Notes: generated by a model not told the origin, from the sequence alone. A stretch of DNA of 64,000 nucleotides from Candidatus Latescibacterota bacterium (GCA_965197905.1 CBDAOB010000003.1:704001-768000); one strand, 5' to 3'; shown: positions 10,201-22,023, counted from the first letter of the stretch. Made by a program: numbers and translations.

Positions 10201-13200
10201 CCTGGGTAGCCTTCGACGCCACCAGACGGGAAAAAGAGATGCGACTGTCGGCCGGCTCGTCGGTGCGCCAGCGGACGACGGCGCGTGCGGTAGTTGTGCT
10301 TTCTATATATGGATCCACCAGAAAAAGCGGCGCCACCTCATCCGGCGCCGACAAGGTCAACACGCGACCGGAATGGGACGCAGACTCGTTCCCCAACCCA
10401 TCGGTAGTGCGAATCTCGTAGCGAAAAAAGACGCCTGCCCGCAGGTCTTCGAACGTCAGCTGATGTGCTTGCCTCAGGTCAGCTCCAGATATCTCGACCG
10501 TGCTCGGATCCAGCTGGGCGGCGTTCGGGTTTACGGTCGCGGGTCCCCCATCCTCAGCCGTCAGCTGCACCAGGCTCGTCGCCGGCTCGTCCGTGTCCCA
10601 ATTGAAGACGATCGAGCTTTCGGTGGAAGCGGCGCGCACGTTGGAGATAAGCGGTGCCCGGAGATCGGCCTCGGTGGTGAAAGCGAAGCTCGCTTCCGAG
10701 GTGGCGCCGGATGGATCGTGGGCTCCCACCTTCCAGGTGTAGGGCGTGCCCGGGCCCAGCTCTGACGAACTGTAGGACGCGGCGTCTTGACGGCTGGCGA
10801 CCTGCACCAGCGAAGAACCGGTCGGACCCAGGAACAGATCGAACACCAGCGGATCGAAGTCGACGTCGCGGGCGGACCAGGAGATCAGTGGCGCCAGCGG
10901 GGTGTCCGCCGCTCCATCCGCCGGAAATCCGACGACCGGGGTCGACGGCGCATCGTTCACCCGCGTCCAGATCAGCGTCACCTCCTGGGTTGCCGTGGCA
11001 CCCGTCGCCGGATCGGTCACTAGGATGTCGGCCTGGGTCTCGCCGAACGCGTTTGCGACTGGAGCGAAGTCGACGCCGTTATTGCTTTGGGTAGCCGTTG
11101 CGACCAGCACGCCGTCGAATCCGGAAGCGGACCACAGCATGGTCGTGATGTCGGAATCGAGATCGGTGAGGTTGCCAGTCCCCCCTACGTGAATAGGGTT
11201 GTCTTCCGCCGCGGAATAGCGGAATCCCAGATCCACGATGGTGGGTGCATCGTCTACCGGCGCCCAGGTCAGGGTTACATCCTGAGCTGTGGTCAAACCG
11301 TGGACATTGGTGCGGGTGATCGTCACCAGGTCACTGCCGTTGGCGTGGGGCACCGGAGTGAAGTCGATCTTGTTGCCCTGAATCGAGGAGGCGGAAATGA
11401 GTGTTTGATCCGCGCCGGCCAGGGTCCAGGTACCACTCTCCGCATCGATGGCGTTCAGATCCAGCTCCAGTGTTTCGTCTTCGTTGGCGGTGGCGTCGGC
11501 GATCTTGGCAAGGTCGGGCGGTCCGTTGACGATGATGTCCAGTGAGCTCTGATGGGTGATGCCCACACCCCGAACCGTGAGGAAAACCGTATGAGTCCCC
11601 GGCGTCGAGTAGGTTACCGTAACCTCCTGGTTGCGATCTTCGTAGACCCGGTTATCGTCCGCCTTTGGCTCCAGAAACCAGGTTTCGACGGGTCCGGTAG
11701 ACTGATTGGAGAAGGTAACGGTAAGCGGCGGATTGCCTTGCAACGTCGATGCCGAGAACACCGCCCTGGGTGGCTCTGCAAGGAAAATCGTCAGCGTGCC
11801 GGTGGCGCTGCCCTGGTAGTTGGGATCGTTCACGGTGGCCGTGACCCCGTAGGCCCCCGGATCGATCGGCGGACTGGCCAGCGGTATACCGAATACGTTA
11901 TGGGTAAAGATCACATCCAGCCCCGGCGGGTCTGTCGTCGCACCGCCCACTTTCGGATTGCCGTCCGACTTGGCATCCAGATTGTTGAGGGTGACCGTGG
12001 CATCCGCCTTGGCCACGTCGAAGCTGGTACTGGTGCCGGTCAATCCCAGGCCGGTGGCGCTCAGAATGCGACCATCTCCCGCTCCGGATACGGTCAGACT
12101 GTCGATGACAACGCGGCCGTCGGCAGCGGTAAAGTCGCTTTGCGACAGCGTTCCGGCTGGTGACAGCGCCAGGCTCACCGTGCCATTGAAATCCTTGTCG
12201 CGATTACCGTGTTGGTCACGGGCTTCAAGGAAGGGTTGCGGCGAAAAAAGCTCCAGGTGGGTCGTGTTCGTTGGCTGTGACGTGAACTCCCAATGTGTGG
12301 CCACTACCTCGAAGGTCACCTTATTCGACTCGCTGACCGCTATTGCGGCCCCCTCATTGCCGGCGCTGGTGGTCACCCCGTTGAGGTCGAACCCCATCTT
12401 GAAGGCGTGGCCCTCTTCGCCTATAACGGTGTTCATGCGGGCGGTGATGATGTAGAAGGTGTGGCCGGTGGGTGTTTCCGTTGACGTGGGCGACACCGTC
12501 GTGGTACCACCGATGTTGATGGTGCTTTGCAGACCTATCTGGGTGTCTCCGCTGTCGAAGGTTTCATCGCTGCTGCGGTAGAGCACCAGATCCAGGTCGT
12601 TGGAAATCAGACCGGTGGGCGCGTCCAGGTCCGAGATGGTCAGGTCGATGCCGGTGACGGTGAAGGTTCCGAAGCTGGTGAGTCCGATGCTGAAAAGCTG
12701 GATTTCCGAACCAGCGCCTACGATCGCCGCGCCGACGTGGCCGGTGGTTTTCAGCGTAGATTGGTTGCGAAGGACGGAGATGGTGTTGTCAGTTAAATTC
12801 GCCACCGCCAGATCCGGCCGTCCGTCGCCATCCAAGTCCGCGATAATAGGACGAAGAGCACCGGCTGCCGCTGTGAAATCCACCTTCGCAGCTACTGTTG
12901 AAGCGTCGATCACACCGGGGGTCCCCGGTGTTCCGGAACACGGAGACCGTCGTACCCGCGCCCGAACCGAAATTCGCTACAGCCAGATCCAGCTTGCCAT
13001 CCCCGTTCAGATCTCCGACCGACAGCCGCCGCGGATCTGCATTCGTCGCAACATCCACCGTCGGAGCGAACGACGCGCCGTTAATGACCCCGAGGTGCTG
13101 GTGTTTCGAATCATGGAAAACGTGTTGTCCGAACTGTTGGCGACGGTAAGATCGGATTTCTCGTCTCCATCCATGTCGGCAATTATCACACCATTGGCGA

Positions 13201-16200
13201 AATCTCCGGCACCGAAGTCAACGTTGCCCGCAAATGAAGTACCGTCTACGATGCCGAAGGTAGCTGTGTTTCGCAGTACAGATACCGCATCTCCAGTTGC
13301 AGTGCCTACGGCCAGATCTGGTTTGCCGTCGCCATCGAGATCGGCGATGGACAGTCGTTGTGGGCCCAGGTCAGTGGCAAAATCAACTTTGGCCGCGAAC
13401 GAATTGGACGTGATGGCACCACTAACGCTCGTGTTACGAATCACCGAGACGGTATTGGCACCACCGTTGGCTGTTACAAAATCGAGCTTTCCGTCCCCGT
13501 CCAGATCGGCAATTTCGACTCCATGAGCACTCGTTCCCACCGTAAAGTCCACCTTCGTAGCGAAGGAGACGGCGCCGCTGGAACTGGTATTTCTGAACAC
13601 GGAGACCACGTTGGTCGGATTATCGTGCGCAGCAGCAATGTCGATGCTTCCGTCCCCGTCCAGATCACCCACAGAAATGCCGTCTGGCTTTACGGCAGAT
13701 GTCAGGTCGATCTTGGTAGCAAAGGATGAAGCGTCTATCAAGCCCGTTGAGGAGGTGTTTCGAAGAACGGAAACTGTGTTCGAGGTTCGGTTGGGCGCCG
13801 CCAAATCCGGTTTGCCGTCCCCGTCGAAATCGGCAATTGTCAGCGAAGATGGATCTGTGCCGGTTACGAAGTCGACCTTGGCTGCGAACGTCGACGCATC
13901 GATCGTGGCAGCGGCACTGGAGAAGGTCGGCACAAAGAATCCCTTCGACTCGGTGACCCGATTGCTCCTGTTCACCGTGATGGGACTGAAGGTGGCGCCC
14001 ACCGGCACGTCCACCGTAAGTGAAGTACTGGTAGCTGTAGATGCGTTCGCTTTTGTGGCGCCGAAGTAGACAGAGTTATTGCCGGCAATGGCGTCGAAGT
14101 TCGTTCCGGTAATGGAGATGGTCTTTCCGACACGTCCAGAAAGAGGACTGAAAGTGGCGATCGTGGGTAACGGTATAGTGGTCGTGAGGTTGCGATACAC
14201 CGATACCGTGTTCGCGTTGAAGTTCGTCGCTGTCACGTCCGGTTTGCCATCCCCGTCCAAATCCGCTATGGCGATTCCCGATGGGCCAGTTCCCGTCGAA
14301 AAATCAGCTTTGGGCGAAAATGAAGAAGCATCAATCGTACCAGATGTACTGGTGTTCCGGAAAACCGAAATTGTGTTGACGTTGAAATTCGGCGTTGCCA
14401 GATCCAGCTTGCCGTCCCCATCGATGTCGCCCGTCGCAACGACCTGGGGACCCGTTCCCGTGGCAAAGTTCACCCTGGCGGCGAACGATCCGGCGGTGAT
14501 CGTTCCCGGTGTGCTTGTGTTTCGAAACACCGAGATGTTGATGGAAGCAAGATTCTGGATGGCCATGTCGTTCTTTGAGTCGCCATCAAAGTCAGCAATC
14601 ACTACTTCGTTTGGACTTGTACCCGTGAGGAAATCGACCTTCGCAGCAAATGAGGAGGCATCGATCGTTCCGGGCGTCGAGGTGTTGCGAAGGACGGAGA
14701 TCTGAGAACCCGCCCGAGCCACGACTGCTAGATCGGGCACGCCGTCACCGTCAAGATCGCCGATCGCGGCATGATTTGCACCGTTGGCCGTTGTGAAATC
14801 GACTTTCGCAGCGAACGAGGAAGCATCGATAGTGCCGGCGGTCGTAGTATTTCGCAATACAGCGACCGCGTTATCAGTGTCCTTCGCAACGGCAAGATCA
14901 AGCTTTCCATCTCCATCCAAGTCACCAATAGCGGTGCCGGTCGGCGAGGAACCGGCTGTGAAATCCACCTCTGCAGCAAAGGACACAGTTCCGAGCGTAC
15001 TCAAGTTACGGAGTACGGAAACCTGAGTTCCCGCTCCGGAGCTCCAGTCCGAAACGGCCATATCCAGTTCCCCATCTCCGTCAACGTCACCGAAGGTCAC
15101 GTCTACCGGATCAGTGGTCTCCGCGTAATCCACTTTTGTCGCAAACGAAACAGTACCCGCACTACCCGAGTTGAGAAATACGGACACATTGTCGGAGTTC
15201 ACGTTGGCAACCGCCATATCAAGCTTTCCATCGCCGTCCACATCTCCAATAGCCATGAGACTTGGGAATGTCCCCGTCGAAAAATCGACTTTGTCGGCCA
15301 ACGATGACGCGTCAATCGTCGGGAATTCACCATCAAAGGTGGTCATGAAGAAGTCGTCTGATTGAGCCGTCCGGTTGTTGACCGTCACGCTCACCCGATC
15401 AAACGTCGCCCCGGCAGGCACACTGACCGTCAGCGAGGTCGTCGAGGCCGACGTCACCGTCGCCTGAGCACCCCCAATCCACACCACGTTACTCGCCGGC
15501 GTCGTATCGAAATTGGTCCCCGTGATCGTCACCGCATCACCCACCTTGCCCGACAATGGACTGATCGACGACACCGTCGGAGCCGGCGTGGTCAACGTCA
15601 GGTTGCGATACACCGAAACGTCGCTGTCACCCCAGTTTACGACCGCAATATCCGACTTCCCATCACCGTCATAATCATTGATGGCCAAAGCCAAGGCATC
15701 ATCACCGGCCGTGAAGTCCGCCTTCGTGTTAAAAGAAATCGCACCGACCGTGCTCTTGTTCTTGAGCACCGAAATGTTGTCGCTTATGCCGTTACCGGCG
15801 ACCACGTCGAGCTTGCCATCGCCGTCGACATCCCCAAGGGCAACGTCACGCGGCGAAGACCCACGGTAAGGTCTACCTTGGCAGCAAAGGAAGGCGACCC
15901 CACCGCGCTTGTACTACGAAGCACCGAAACCGTGTTGTCCGGTCCGTTTGAGGCAGCCATGTCGAGCTTGCCGTCGCCATCGATGTCTCCTAATCTGACC
16001 CGCCCCGAATTGGTGCCCGTTGTGAAGTCGACCTTTGCGGCAAACGTCGACGCGTCGATGGTCCCGGGCAGACCGGTGTATCTAAAGACTGAAATCGTGG
16101 CAACGTTGTTGTTTGCCACCGCCATGTCAGGCTCGCCGTCGCCATCAATATCGCCCAGAGCGACGTCCGTCGGCACCAGACCCGTAGTAAAATCAACTTT

Positions 16201-17772
16201 CGGAGCAAACGAGGACGCATCGATGGCGCCCAACACACTGGTATTGCGAAAAACCGAAATCGCATTGGATCCCGAATTGCTCGGAATCGCCATGTCGATC
16301 TTGCCATCACCGTCGATGTCCCCTAACTCAACCGCGTCCGGTCGCGTGAGCGCCGTGGCAAAATCAACCTTGGCCGTGAAAGAAATCGAGCCCGAAGTGC
16401 TGGTATTTTTGTAAACCGAGACGTTACTGCTGTTATCGTTGGTAACCGCCATATCGAGCTCGCCATCACCATCGATGTCTCCAAAACCGACGGAATAGGG
16501 AAAGGTATTGGCAGCGAAATCTACTTTCGGCGCGAAAGCTACAGTCCCGGAAGTGCTGGTATTGCGTAAAACAGAGGCCGTATTAGCAACGCTGTTGGGA
16601 ACTGCCAAGTCGACCTTTCCATCGCCATCCAGATCGCCAGAAACTATCCACAGAGGACTGGTGCCCGTTGCGAAGTCTACCTTGGCTGCAAACGTCGAGG
16701 CGTCGATCGCCGGAAACATGCCGTCAAACGTCGGCTTGAAGTATTCATCCGAATGGGCGGTGCGATTGTTGACGGTCACACTCACCCGATCATGAGGCGT
16801 ACCATCAGGCACCGTCGCCGTCAACGACGTCGCCGAGGCCGACGCTACCGTCGCCTCTGCACCGCCAAACCGAACCACGTTACTCGCCGGCGTCGTGCTG
16901 AAATTCGTCCCCGTGATCGTTACCGCATCACCTACCTTGCCAGACAACGGACTGATGGACGTCACCCTCGGCGCTGGTGTAGTCAACGTCCGATTGCGAA
17001 ATACGGATAGGTCGGCGTCGATGAGGTTAGGGACGAGGACGTCCGCTTTTCCGTCGCCGTCGAGGTCGGCAGTGGTGACGTCAAAAGGATCGTCGCCAGC
17101 CGGGAAGTCGACTTTTGTGTTGAAGACAATACTTCCAGGGGTACTCTTATTGCGGAGGAGCGATACGTTGTCAGTGGTGCGATTGCTTGTAACCAGATCG
17201 ATTTTACCATCGCCGTCGAGGTCGTCTATCCCCACGCCCGACGGTAGTGTGCCGACCGGCAAATCGACCTTCGCTGCGAATGATACAGTGCCAATGGAGC
17301 CGGTGTTTCGCAGGACCGAGACGGTGTTGTCTGGCGAGTTGAGAGCAGCCAGATCGAGCTTCCCGTCGCTGTCGACGTCACCAAGCTTTACGCGCCCCGA
17401 GTGGCGGGTGTGGGAGACTTGGACAACGACGGCGTCGAAGACATAGTAGTCGGAGCGGACCTGGATGACACCGGCGGCACTAATCGTGGTGCTCTTCACC
17501 GTGCCGTTGCTGTTCATGAATAGCACATAGACGGCGCCACGATTGGTGCCGCCCGTATCATCGAAAGGCGCGCCGACGGCGAGATCTTCCACTCCGTCAT
17601 TGTCGAGATCGCCCACAGCGGCCATCCCACTGCCGAAAAACTCGCTGTCGGTAAGGGTAACGCCGAAACCGCCGGTATTGTCGGCGATCTTCTGACTGCT
17701 CTTGACCTGTATGGTCTGGGCAGCGAGTGGCCACGCGACCAAACAGCCGACCAGGCACAGATATCTTGCCAT
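4261..17772 (-). CDS. Giant (~4,500 aa reconstructed) secreted adhesin-like protein: signal peptide, FG-GAP/VCBS-like repeats with 3 IPT/TIG domains, MBG-like, PKD, cadherin-like, many FN3-like repeats, EF-hand/dockerin-like, FlgD-Ig C-terminus. Split by 4 frameshifts
   Basis: ORFs 15784-17826, 13007-15805, 12789-13058, 7457-12913 and 4261-7833 join when single-base indels at ~15861, ~13089, ~12925 and ~7692 are corrected. Repeated GDxDGDGKxD and WxTDE motifs; ends 'YPNYPNPFNP...WDGKD...SGVY...KVMLLR'. Confidence 0.85.
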
Positions 17773-17930
17773 CGTATACGGGGAATTGAGCACAGCTCTG
17801 GGTATCCGAATCTCGTTCACAGGCAAATACTACGGTCCTTTTGCTCTTCGGCCGATCCAGCCCGACTGGTTGTTATACAATAACCAAAAAACGACCAAGA
17901 ATTGTGATGCGGATCAACATTTGAGTAGAA
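17740..17930. repeat. Direct repeat copy 2
   Basis: Homologous to 21-204, including the CRP/FNR-like box. Confidence 0.9.
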
Positions 17931-18037
17931 ATTGCACCCTTCATTCCAACTGTTGGAGCGTTTGACAACACCGTAGATGTGTTGTTGTTTTCTCCAACGT
18001 GAAGGCGACCCTTCTTGTTCGCACCCGCATTATCTTC

Positions 18038-19595
18038 GGGTGTAGGTTCTGATTTACGTATTTGTGCATAAAAAGCGGGACCCCAATTCCAGGCACGAAT
18101 GTACTTTGGGTGTAAGGACATACGCCCAAACCCGGAAGGAGGTCCCAGATGGAAAATACGCAGGATCTGAGCGCGTGTGTGACGAAATTGCAGGAGAATG
18201 TCCTGCAGTGGGAAAACCGGCTGCAATCCGAACAAGGAGGACCGGCAGCGTTTCGCCTGGCGATGAACGAGCTGCGAGCTGCTTTTGATGAGATCGGTCG
18301 GACCGGTTTCCTGCGATTGGCGCACGCCTGTGAGGTCGCCTCCGACACGTTGGGTAACGACGGTCGGCTGTACCGCTTCAAGCAAATGGTCGACAAGGAG
18401 TGGATGAGTCTGTGGGGCAAGGTCGTAGTGCCACGTCGGCTGTATCAGGAAGACCATGGCGGACCGAGCCGGGTGCCGCTGGATGAGCGTTGCGGCATGG
18501 TGAATCGATTCATGGTGCCGGAGTTGGAGCGTGTGACGGCGTTTTTGGGCGCCCGGTTGGTCCCGGCCGAAGTCGAGGACAGCTTGGGTGAAGTGCTGCC
18601 GGAGCCGCCATCGCGTACGGCTATCCAGCACGTATTGACCACCGTCGGACAGTGTGCCGAGGACGGGGCCGAACAGCTCGAGCTGGCCTTGCAAGGCGCG
18701 GCGCCGCTGGACGCCGAGGGCGACACGCTCGTTGTGAGCTGGGACGGCGTCACCGTCCCCCTGCGAGAGCCAGCGCCCAAGCGCGGACGTCCGGCCGAGC
18801 GACCGATGGCCACGGCCACCGACACCACGCCCACCGCCTGGAAGGAGGCGGGTGTGGGCATGGTCGCCACCTACCTGACGCCGCTGGATCCAGAGGTCGA
18901 AGAGCCGGAACGAGTCGATGTGCGCTATGCCGCGCGTATGCCGGAAGCGAAGATGACGACCCTGGTCAACGGCCTGGTGGAGCAGACGGCCCGGGCGTTG
19001 CAGCAGGGTGGCTACGACCATCGTGTCGTTTTGGCCGACGGCAAACGAGAGATCTGGCGCATCGTCGACGAGCATGGTGTGTTCGAGGGTTTCACCCGCA
19101 TTCTGGACTTCTATCACGCGGCGCAGCATCTGTCGATGGCGGCGGAGCACCTTTTCGGCAAAAAGTCGGCGAAGGCGGATCGCTGGTATCGATCCTGGCG
19201 GCACAAACTGCGCCATACACCCAACGCCGTGGCGGGCTTGATCCGCTCTTTTTCCTACCACCGTCGCAAACTCCGAAGACGATCGGACCGTTATCGCCAG
19301 GCGACCACCGAAATGGGCTACTTTCGCAACAACCGGGACAAAATGGAATACGCTGGCTATCACGCCTCGGGCTTGATCATCTCCAGTGGCCCTGTGGAGG
19401 CCGCCGCCAAGACCATCGTCGGCCACCGACTCAAACGCAGCGGCATGCGATGGACCCGCCACGGAGGTCAGCAGATCCTCAACCTACGAGTCCAGGTGCA
19501 ATCGAAACGATGGGATGCTTTCTGGAACTGGTATCTCCAGCAGACCACACCCATAACAACCCTGAAAAGGGCAGCGTAAAAACGAGGCTACACCC
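18038..19595 (+). mobile_element. ISKra4-family insertion sequence
   Basis: Imperfect terminal IRs GGGTGTAGGTTCTGATTT (18038) and AAAAACGAGGCTACACCC (ends 19595) bracket the transposase; no target duplication seen. Confidence 0.75.
18149..19579 (+). CDS. ISKra4-family DDE transposase
   Basis: 'VSWDG...VLADG..EIW...ILDFYHAAQHL...ISSGPVEAAAK...RLKRSGMRW'; GGAGG RBS. Confidence 0.9.
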   Translation: MENTQDLSACVTKLQENVLQWENRLQSEQGGPAAFRLAMNELRAAFDEIGRTGFLRLAHACEVASDTLGNDGRLYRFKQMVDKEWMSLWGKVVVPRRLYQEDHGGPSRVPLDERCGMVNRFMVPELERVTAFLGARLVPAEVEDSLGEVLPEPPSRTAIQHVLTTVGQCAEDGAEQLELALQGAAPLDAEGDTLVVSWDGVTVPLREPAPKRGRPAERPMATATDTTPTAWKEAGVGMVATYLTPLDPEVEEPERVDVRYAARMPEAKMTTLVNGLVEQTARALQQGGYDHRVVLADGKREIWRIVDEHGVFEGFTRILDFYHAAQHLSMAAEHLFGKKSAKADRWYRSWRHKLRHTPNAVAGLIRSFSYHRRKLRRRSDRYRQATTEMGYFRNNRDKMEYAGYHASGLIISSGPVEAAAKTIVGHRLKRSGMRWTRHGGQQILNLRVQVQSKRWDAFWNWYLQQTTPITTLKRAA

Positions 19596-19921
19596 ATTTC
19601 AAAGACGTAACCTTCGACGGCAGGCCGAGGGGGGAATTGTGGCCTGGCGGCCCAACGGCGCCCTCCGATGACGGCGCCTACACCATCGACTCGCGGGGTC
19701 GCTGGGTTGAGTTGGGGCGCGGAGTTGTTGATTTTCACTCCGTCACCCGCGTGTTGAGGGCTGCCGGATACGACGGCTGGATCACCGACGATTTCGATTT
19801 CAGTTGTTACCCAGCGCGATCATCGGCCCAGGCCTGTAAGGACTATCTCAACCAGGCGCTTGGGCTCTGGGGCGAAAGAGATATTCGCCGTGGCGTAGCG
19901 CCTGAAACGAACCAATCCTGA
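19595..19921 (+). pseudogene. 3' remnant of a sugar phosphate isomerase/epimerase (IolE-like TIM barrel), truncated at the IS end
   Basis: Starts at the right IR: HFKDVTFDG...WVELGRGVVDF...LRAAGYDGWI. Confidence 0.7.
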
Positions 19922-19955
19922 ATCGAGCCCACCCACCAAACAATGAGGGGACACC

Positions 19956-20774
19956 ATGGCAGACAAATGTATGACGGATGAGGAGCTGTATTTCTTCGAT
20001 ACCTTTGGCTATCTCAAGGTCGAGCAGGTGGTGGACAAACCGACGATAGAGAAGGCGTTCGAAGCCTCACAGCGCGTTATCAAGGAGCACCCAGAACTGT
20101 ATCAGGATTCCGGGTACGGCGACAAGTATCGCGGCGCGTTCATGTTCGACAAGACGCTGGAACGGCTACCCCGGAACCCGCGGATTCTGGGGTACGCCTG
20201 TGCCCTGTTAAACAACATGCCCCGCCTGCACGGCGGCCTGATGATGGTGAACGGGGCCAAACACTCCGACCATAAATTCCACTGTCAGAAGGAAATCGAC
20301 CGCTATCGAGTTGAAGATGCCCCCGGTTTCTTCGGCAACTACGGCACCAAATCCATATTCTGCGATCTGTTCTCCTGTTTCCTCTACCTGACCGACGTTC
20401 GTCCTGGGGACGGAGGGTTGGTCATCATCCCTGGGTCCCACAAATCGGAGTTTTACTATCCGAAAGAGAATCCGTATCCCCTGGACATGGAGGGGGCGAT
20501 AACGGTGACCGCCAATGCCGGCGACATGATCATCATGCCCTTGAGGTTGGTACACGCAGCGCACAAATGGCAACCGACCGATCGCGATCGCGTGGTCATG
20601 TTTTACGGCTTTACCCCGCAGGATTATTACCGCGCCGGTTACGAGGAAGACTTGCAGATGGCGAAGGCTGCGGGTATCGAGCTCGATCCGGAAACTGTGG
20701 AGCTGATGAGCATCAAAGAGAAGGGGCTCAAAGGAGACCGGAAACAGGTGGTAATCGATCTAGTAGGTGAGTAG
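19956..20774 (+). CDS. Phytanoyl-CoA dioxygenase (PhyH) family protein
   Basis: 'ELYFFDTFGYLKV...YLTDV.PGDGGLVIIPGSHKS...AGDMII...LVH'. Confidence 0.85.
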   Translation: MADKCMTDEELYFFDTFGYLKVEQVVDKPTIEKAFEASQRVIKEHPELYQDSGYGDKYRGAFMFDKTLERLPRNPRILGYACALLNNMPRLHGGLMMVNGAKHSDHKFHCQKEIDRYRVEDAPGFFGNYGTKSIFCDLFSCFLYLTDVRPGDGGLVIIPGSHKSEFYYPKENPYPLDMEGAITVTANAGDMIIMPLRLVHAAHKWQPTDRDRVVMFYGFTPQDYYRAGYEEDLQMAKAAGIELDPETVELMSIKEKGLKGDRKQVVIDLVGE

Positions 20775-20791
20775 GGGCCTGATCGAGTTAC

Positions 20792-20959
20792 CTAGTGCCC
20801 TGTATCGGAAGTAGGCTTGTGAAATGAGGGCAACGAGTCGCCCGGTCTGCAAGGCACGCGATCGAGGCGTATTGGTGAAATACGCCGAGTGAGCGTAATG
20901 CAGCAGAGCGGGATGAATCGGCGAATTAATACAGGCATATTTTCGATACAGGGCACTAG
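20792..20959. mobile_element. MITE-like element, 168 bp including both CTAG ends
   Basis: 29-bp imperfect terminal IRs beginning CTAGTGCCCTGTATCG (4 mismatches); internal hairpin GGCGTATT-GGTGA-AATACGCC; no ORF. Confidence 0.8.
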
Positions 20960-22023
20960 TGCTTCTTGCCGCCGGCTTTCAGCTCCGTGATGAGTACCCA
21001 GGCGCCCAATGTGGCTGGCAGGAAGAGATGGAAGGCGCGGTACAACACAGCGTAGATAGGCAATAGATGCAATGGCATCACGGTGGCCATGATGGCGCCG
21101 ATGGTAACTTCCCCTACGCCGCTGCCGCCAGGAGTCGGGATGAAATATAACGCAAAGCGCAGCAGCGCCAGGAGAGCCAGGGCGGTGAGGTAATCAACTT
21201 CCAGACCCAGGCCTCGCAAGAGGAAGTAGGAAAGGTTCAGCCGGTTCAGATAGTAGAAACTGGTGATCACGAAGCTTGCCACGACGGACGAACGGTGTTC
21301 GCGCCACAACACCAATCCGTGTTCCTGATACTTGTGGATGGAGCCTTCGAGCCCTTCGCCCCAACGGACCAGACGGTCGCGCCAGCGGCCCGGCTTGCGA
21401 CGGGCGATTCGAATCCCCGCCTCGATAGCGCTTTCTACCATGTGGGGCTTCCACAGGCTGAAGAAGAGAGCGCAGAACAATCCAGTGCAAACCAGAAAGC
21501 CGTAGCGCAGCCACGAGATGGGTGGCTGCTCGCTGAGCAGATCGTCCAATGCCGCCAGCGACAGAACGGTCGCCACCAGAAAGAAAGCCAGCGTCGATAA
21601 GAAGATGAGGACACTGCTGGCCACGGCGCCGGAAATAGGAATCCCCCCGCGGTACATGATGTAGATCCAAGCTGGACCTCCGCCACTCTGGCCCGGGGTG
21701 GCAGCGGCGCCGAACTCGTTGGCCAGTTGCCCCCGGATACACAGCAATGGCGATATGCCCGGTTTCAATCGGCGCACCAGCAGAAAGGTGCGCCATGCCC
21801 CCAATCCGACGTCGACCCCTTTGAGAGCCGCCGCCAACAGGATGAACTGCACGTCCAGATGGCGGAGCGCCTCCACGGTTTGCCGCGTTGCCGTGGCGTA
21901 GAACAATACGGCGAGACCTGCCACGGTGAGGATGGCGCAATACCGTAATCCACGATAGATCCTCTCCTTGGGGAGGTGGAAGCCGGAGTCGGGGGTTACA
22001 GATTCGATGTCACTTGATGGCAT
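20956..22023 (-). CDS. Lysylphosphatidylglycerol synthase TM / flippase-like (UPF0104) membrane protein
   Basis: Multiple TM segments; 'TPGQSGGGP' and 'PTPGGSGVGE' motifs; start uncertain (22023 or 22101). Confidence 0.8.
   Translation of the reverse strand: MPSSDIESVTPDSGFHLPKERIYRGLRYCAILTVAGLAVLFYATATRQTVEALRHLDVQFILLAAALKGVDVGLGAWRTFLLVRRLKPGISPLLCIRGQLANEFGAAATPGQSGGGPAWIYIMYRGGIPISGAVASSVLIFLSTLAFFLVATVLSLAALDDLLSEQPPISWLRYGFLVCTGLFCALFFSLWKPHMVESAIEAGIRIARRKPGRWRDRLVRWGEGLEGSIHKYQEHGLVLWREHRSSVVASFVITSFYYLNRLNLSYFLLRGLGLEVDYLTALALLALLRFALYFIPTPGGSGVGEVTIGAIMATVMPLHLLPIYAVLYRAFHLFLPATLGAWVLITELKAGGKKH

Noticed and set aside
8048..14705. Long plus-strand ORFs (375, 433, 308 aa and others)
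   Set aside because: Antisense shadows of the GC-rich giant gene.
12780..17400. CRISPR-like or DGR-like repeats
   Set aside because: The repeats are degenerate coding FG-GAP units; no constant repeat-spacer pattern, cas gene or reverse transcriptase.
17873..19462. 529-aa minus-strand ORF
   Set aside because: Antisense shadow of the ISKra4 transposase; no motifs.
20270..20295. PhyH protein as a halogenase (HCQ instead of HxD)
   Set aside because: The metal-ligand His cannot be assigned by eye (HSD is nearby), and halogenases typically show HxA or HxG.
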